From Gekko japonicus (Eukaryota), in the NCBI RefSeq assembly GCF_001447785.1, contig NW_015172035.1, positions 436,818 through 500,817 of the forward strand: DNA of 64,000 bases, given 5' to 3'. The position numbers and the translations under genes are program-made. How positions within the stretch are numbered: position 1 is the stretch's first letter; each line of letters opens with the position of its first letter. Below, piece after piece: positions 62,205-64,000 of this stretch. Under the pieces are notes generated by a model. That model was given only the letters and a program-made list of their open reading frames with translations. It searched no databases and was not told the origin of the DNA.

Positions 62205-62807
62205 ATAATAATAATAATAATAATAATATTAATAATAATTTTCAATTTATTGATCGCTCAATCCGGCAGAGCTGCTGGCTCTGAGCGATTTACAGTTACA
62301 TGGTTTCACACAAGGGACTAATAATTTCATAGGGGTAAGGGAGGACAACATATAATTCTTTTAAATCGCACACATTTTGCAGCCGACAGGGATTTTTGTT
62401 CAGCTGTAGGCTTCAGACATGTTCCGGAGGCATTCACTTCCGGCTTGGCTTGATGACATTGGTTCTTCCTGGGCTGCTTTGAATCGTAGCTCCACACTGC
62501 CACCGCCTGGCCGGATTGGCCCATTACAGGCTTCTTAATGCCGAAGAGGTCTTTTTATCAGGTTTCCAAGCTTACGAGCTGGACATTCCATTCGCCGGCT
62601 TACACCTCCTCTACCGGGGTTTAGTGTGCCCACCCTCTCTAAGGAGTGGTACCCATTTTATCTACTCGCCGAAGCTTTCAAACCGCTGGGTGGACAGCGA
62701 GCTGGGGGCAAGGCTGGTAGCTCACACCAGCGTGGGCTAGAACTGACAGCAACTCTGTTCAGTTCAGATGTTAACCAGAGGATAAATCCTCTGTGCCACC
62801 GCTCCCC
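62205..62807 (-). mobile_element. ~600 bp tRNA-headed SINE with Sauria-like body and L2-type tail
   Basis: A-box-like tggcacagagg, B-box-like gttctagccc; 62646-62707 aligns with Sauria SINE 4202-4263; 3' stem atcgctca..tgagcgat, aataaa, (tta)n. Confidence 0.7.
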
Positions 62808-64000
62808 TTCTATATATATATATGTATAGTCCAATCATAGACTAGAACTGTCTGAAAATTGCCTCTGAGCCAAAACCTGCAATGTGAGGTATCTCATTAC
62901 AAAATCTATCACTGTCCAGCACATTTCTATCTAACATTTCCTTGAAGAAAATGAGGTGGCATATAATGTTCTCACCTCCACCCCTTTATCCTCACAACAA
63001 CTCTATGACACAAGTTAGACTGAAAGAGAGAGGCTGGAGCAAGGACACCCACACACTAGTCCAAAAGTACAATCCTATGCCAAGCTGAAACCAATGGCCT
63101 TCACCTGGAGTAACTCTGCATACAAAGTAACCCTATAACCACTACACAACACTTTCATTCTTGAAAGCTTACATTATTTATGCATTGTGGGAATCTTGGC
63201 CCAGGGCAAGAGGTTGGCCATCACGAATTCCACTAAAGGACGAGATTGTGTCGGAGACTGAAAGAGACAGGAAACCTGTGTAGAGATTTAAGGAGGGATG
63301 TCACATCATCTGATATATGAGAGGAGAATGGTTTCAGAGGTGGAATTCTGGGTGGAAAAGAGAAGACAAAAGGCACAGAGAAAAGGAATTATTCAAAGTG
63401 GGAGGTGAAGATCAGAGATTGAACCTGAGTCTTAGCTGACAGGAGAGAAGGGCTATCAACATTGTACAGATTGAAGTGATATGACTTAGAGCCAGACTGG
63501 ATATACGAAGCAAAGGAGGAGGAGGAATTGGACATAAATCCAATGCTTCATGTCTGGATGAGGGGGAAGTGTAATATGGAGAGTAATCAAAAAGGGGATA
63601 GGATGGGAGGACAGACGAGAGAGTCAGTCTTGGGCATATTGATTTTAGCTATGTCCTTGTTTATCTTTCTTCTCTGAGGAGATCCTTGATGGTTTCATTA
63701 CTATATTTGATGTTTCTTCAGAAGAGTAGAAAAATTTAGGCATCTCAGCCATGAAATTTAGGCAAAGAACCAGAGCTGAAATTTAGGCAAAGATTTTTTT
63801 AATTATTTGATTCTCCAGAGCTATGTATTTCTACATGCTGATTAGGAAAACAATAGAGGCTTTATTAATAACTCAATGGTGCTGCTTTTTGTGAAAAAAA
63901 CATGCCAAACAAAGACTGTTTGTCTCAAAAGCATGCAAAATGCACTTCACATCCCCCCCATCCAGAAATTATTCCCTGGCAAAGAAGCTCTGAGTAACCA

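Overview
Eukaryotic, repeat-rich window with no supportable host protein-coding gene or functional RNA gene. The repeat complement (Sauria/Squam1 SINEs, Squam3 SINEs, 5S-headed SINEs, RTE-BovB, CR1, L2, L1, Penelope, hAT and Harbinger-like MITEs) points to a squamate reptile, most likely a gecko (inference). It looks like an intergenic or large intronic region with two N gaps. Large elements: a degenerate Ty1/copia (6495-11490, minus) inside a Squam3 SINE; a Mag/K02A2.6-type Gypsy (38480-45281, minus) with a 1.28 kb internal tandem duplication and nested ERV LTRs replacing its integrase; and a second Gypsy whose halves now face opposite ways (53402-55471 plus, 57955-61674 minus) yet share one TSD, recording a ~4.5 kb inversion with ~0.6 kb inverted duplication. 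Other notable items: an RT-less, TSD-flanked L1-like element with one coiled-coil ORF; a 5'-inverted BovB; a ~600 bp tRNA-headed SINE joining a Sauria-type body to an L2-type tail; a hAT MITE carrying a copy of its own flank; Penelope terminal repeats with decayed hammerhead cores; long palindromes; and several candidate conserved non-coding elements. Family names come from motif recognition by eye, not database searches.
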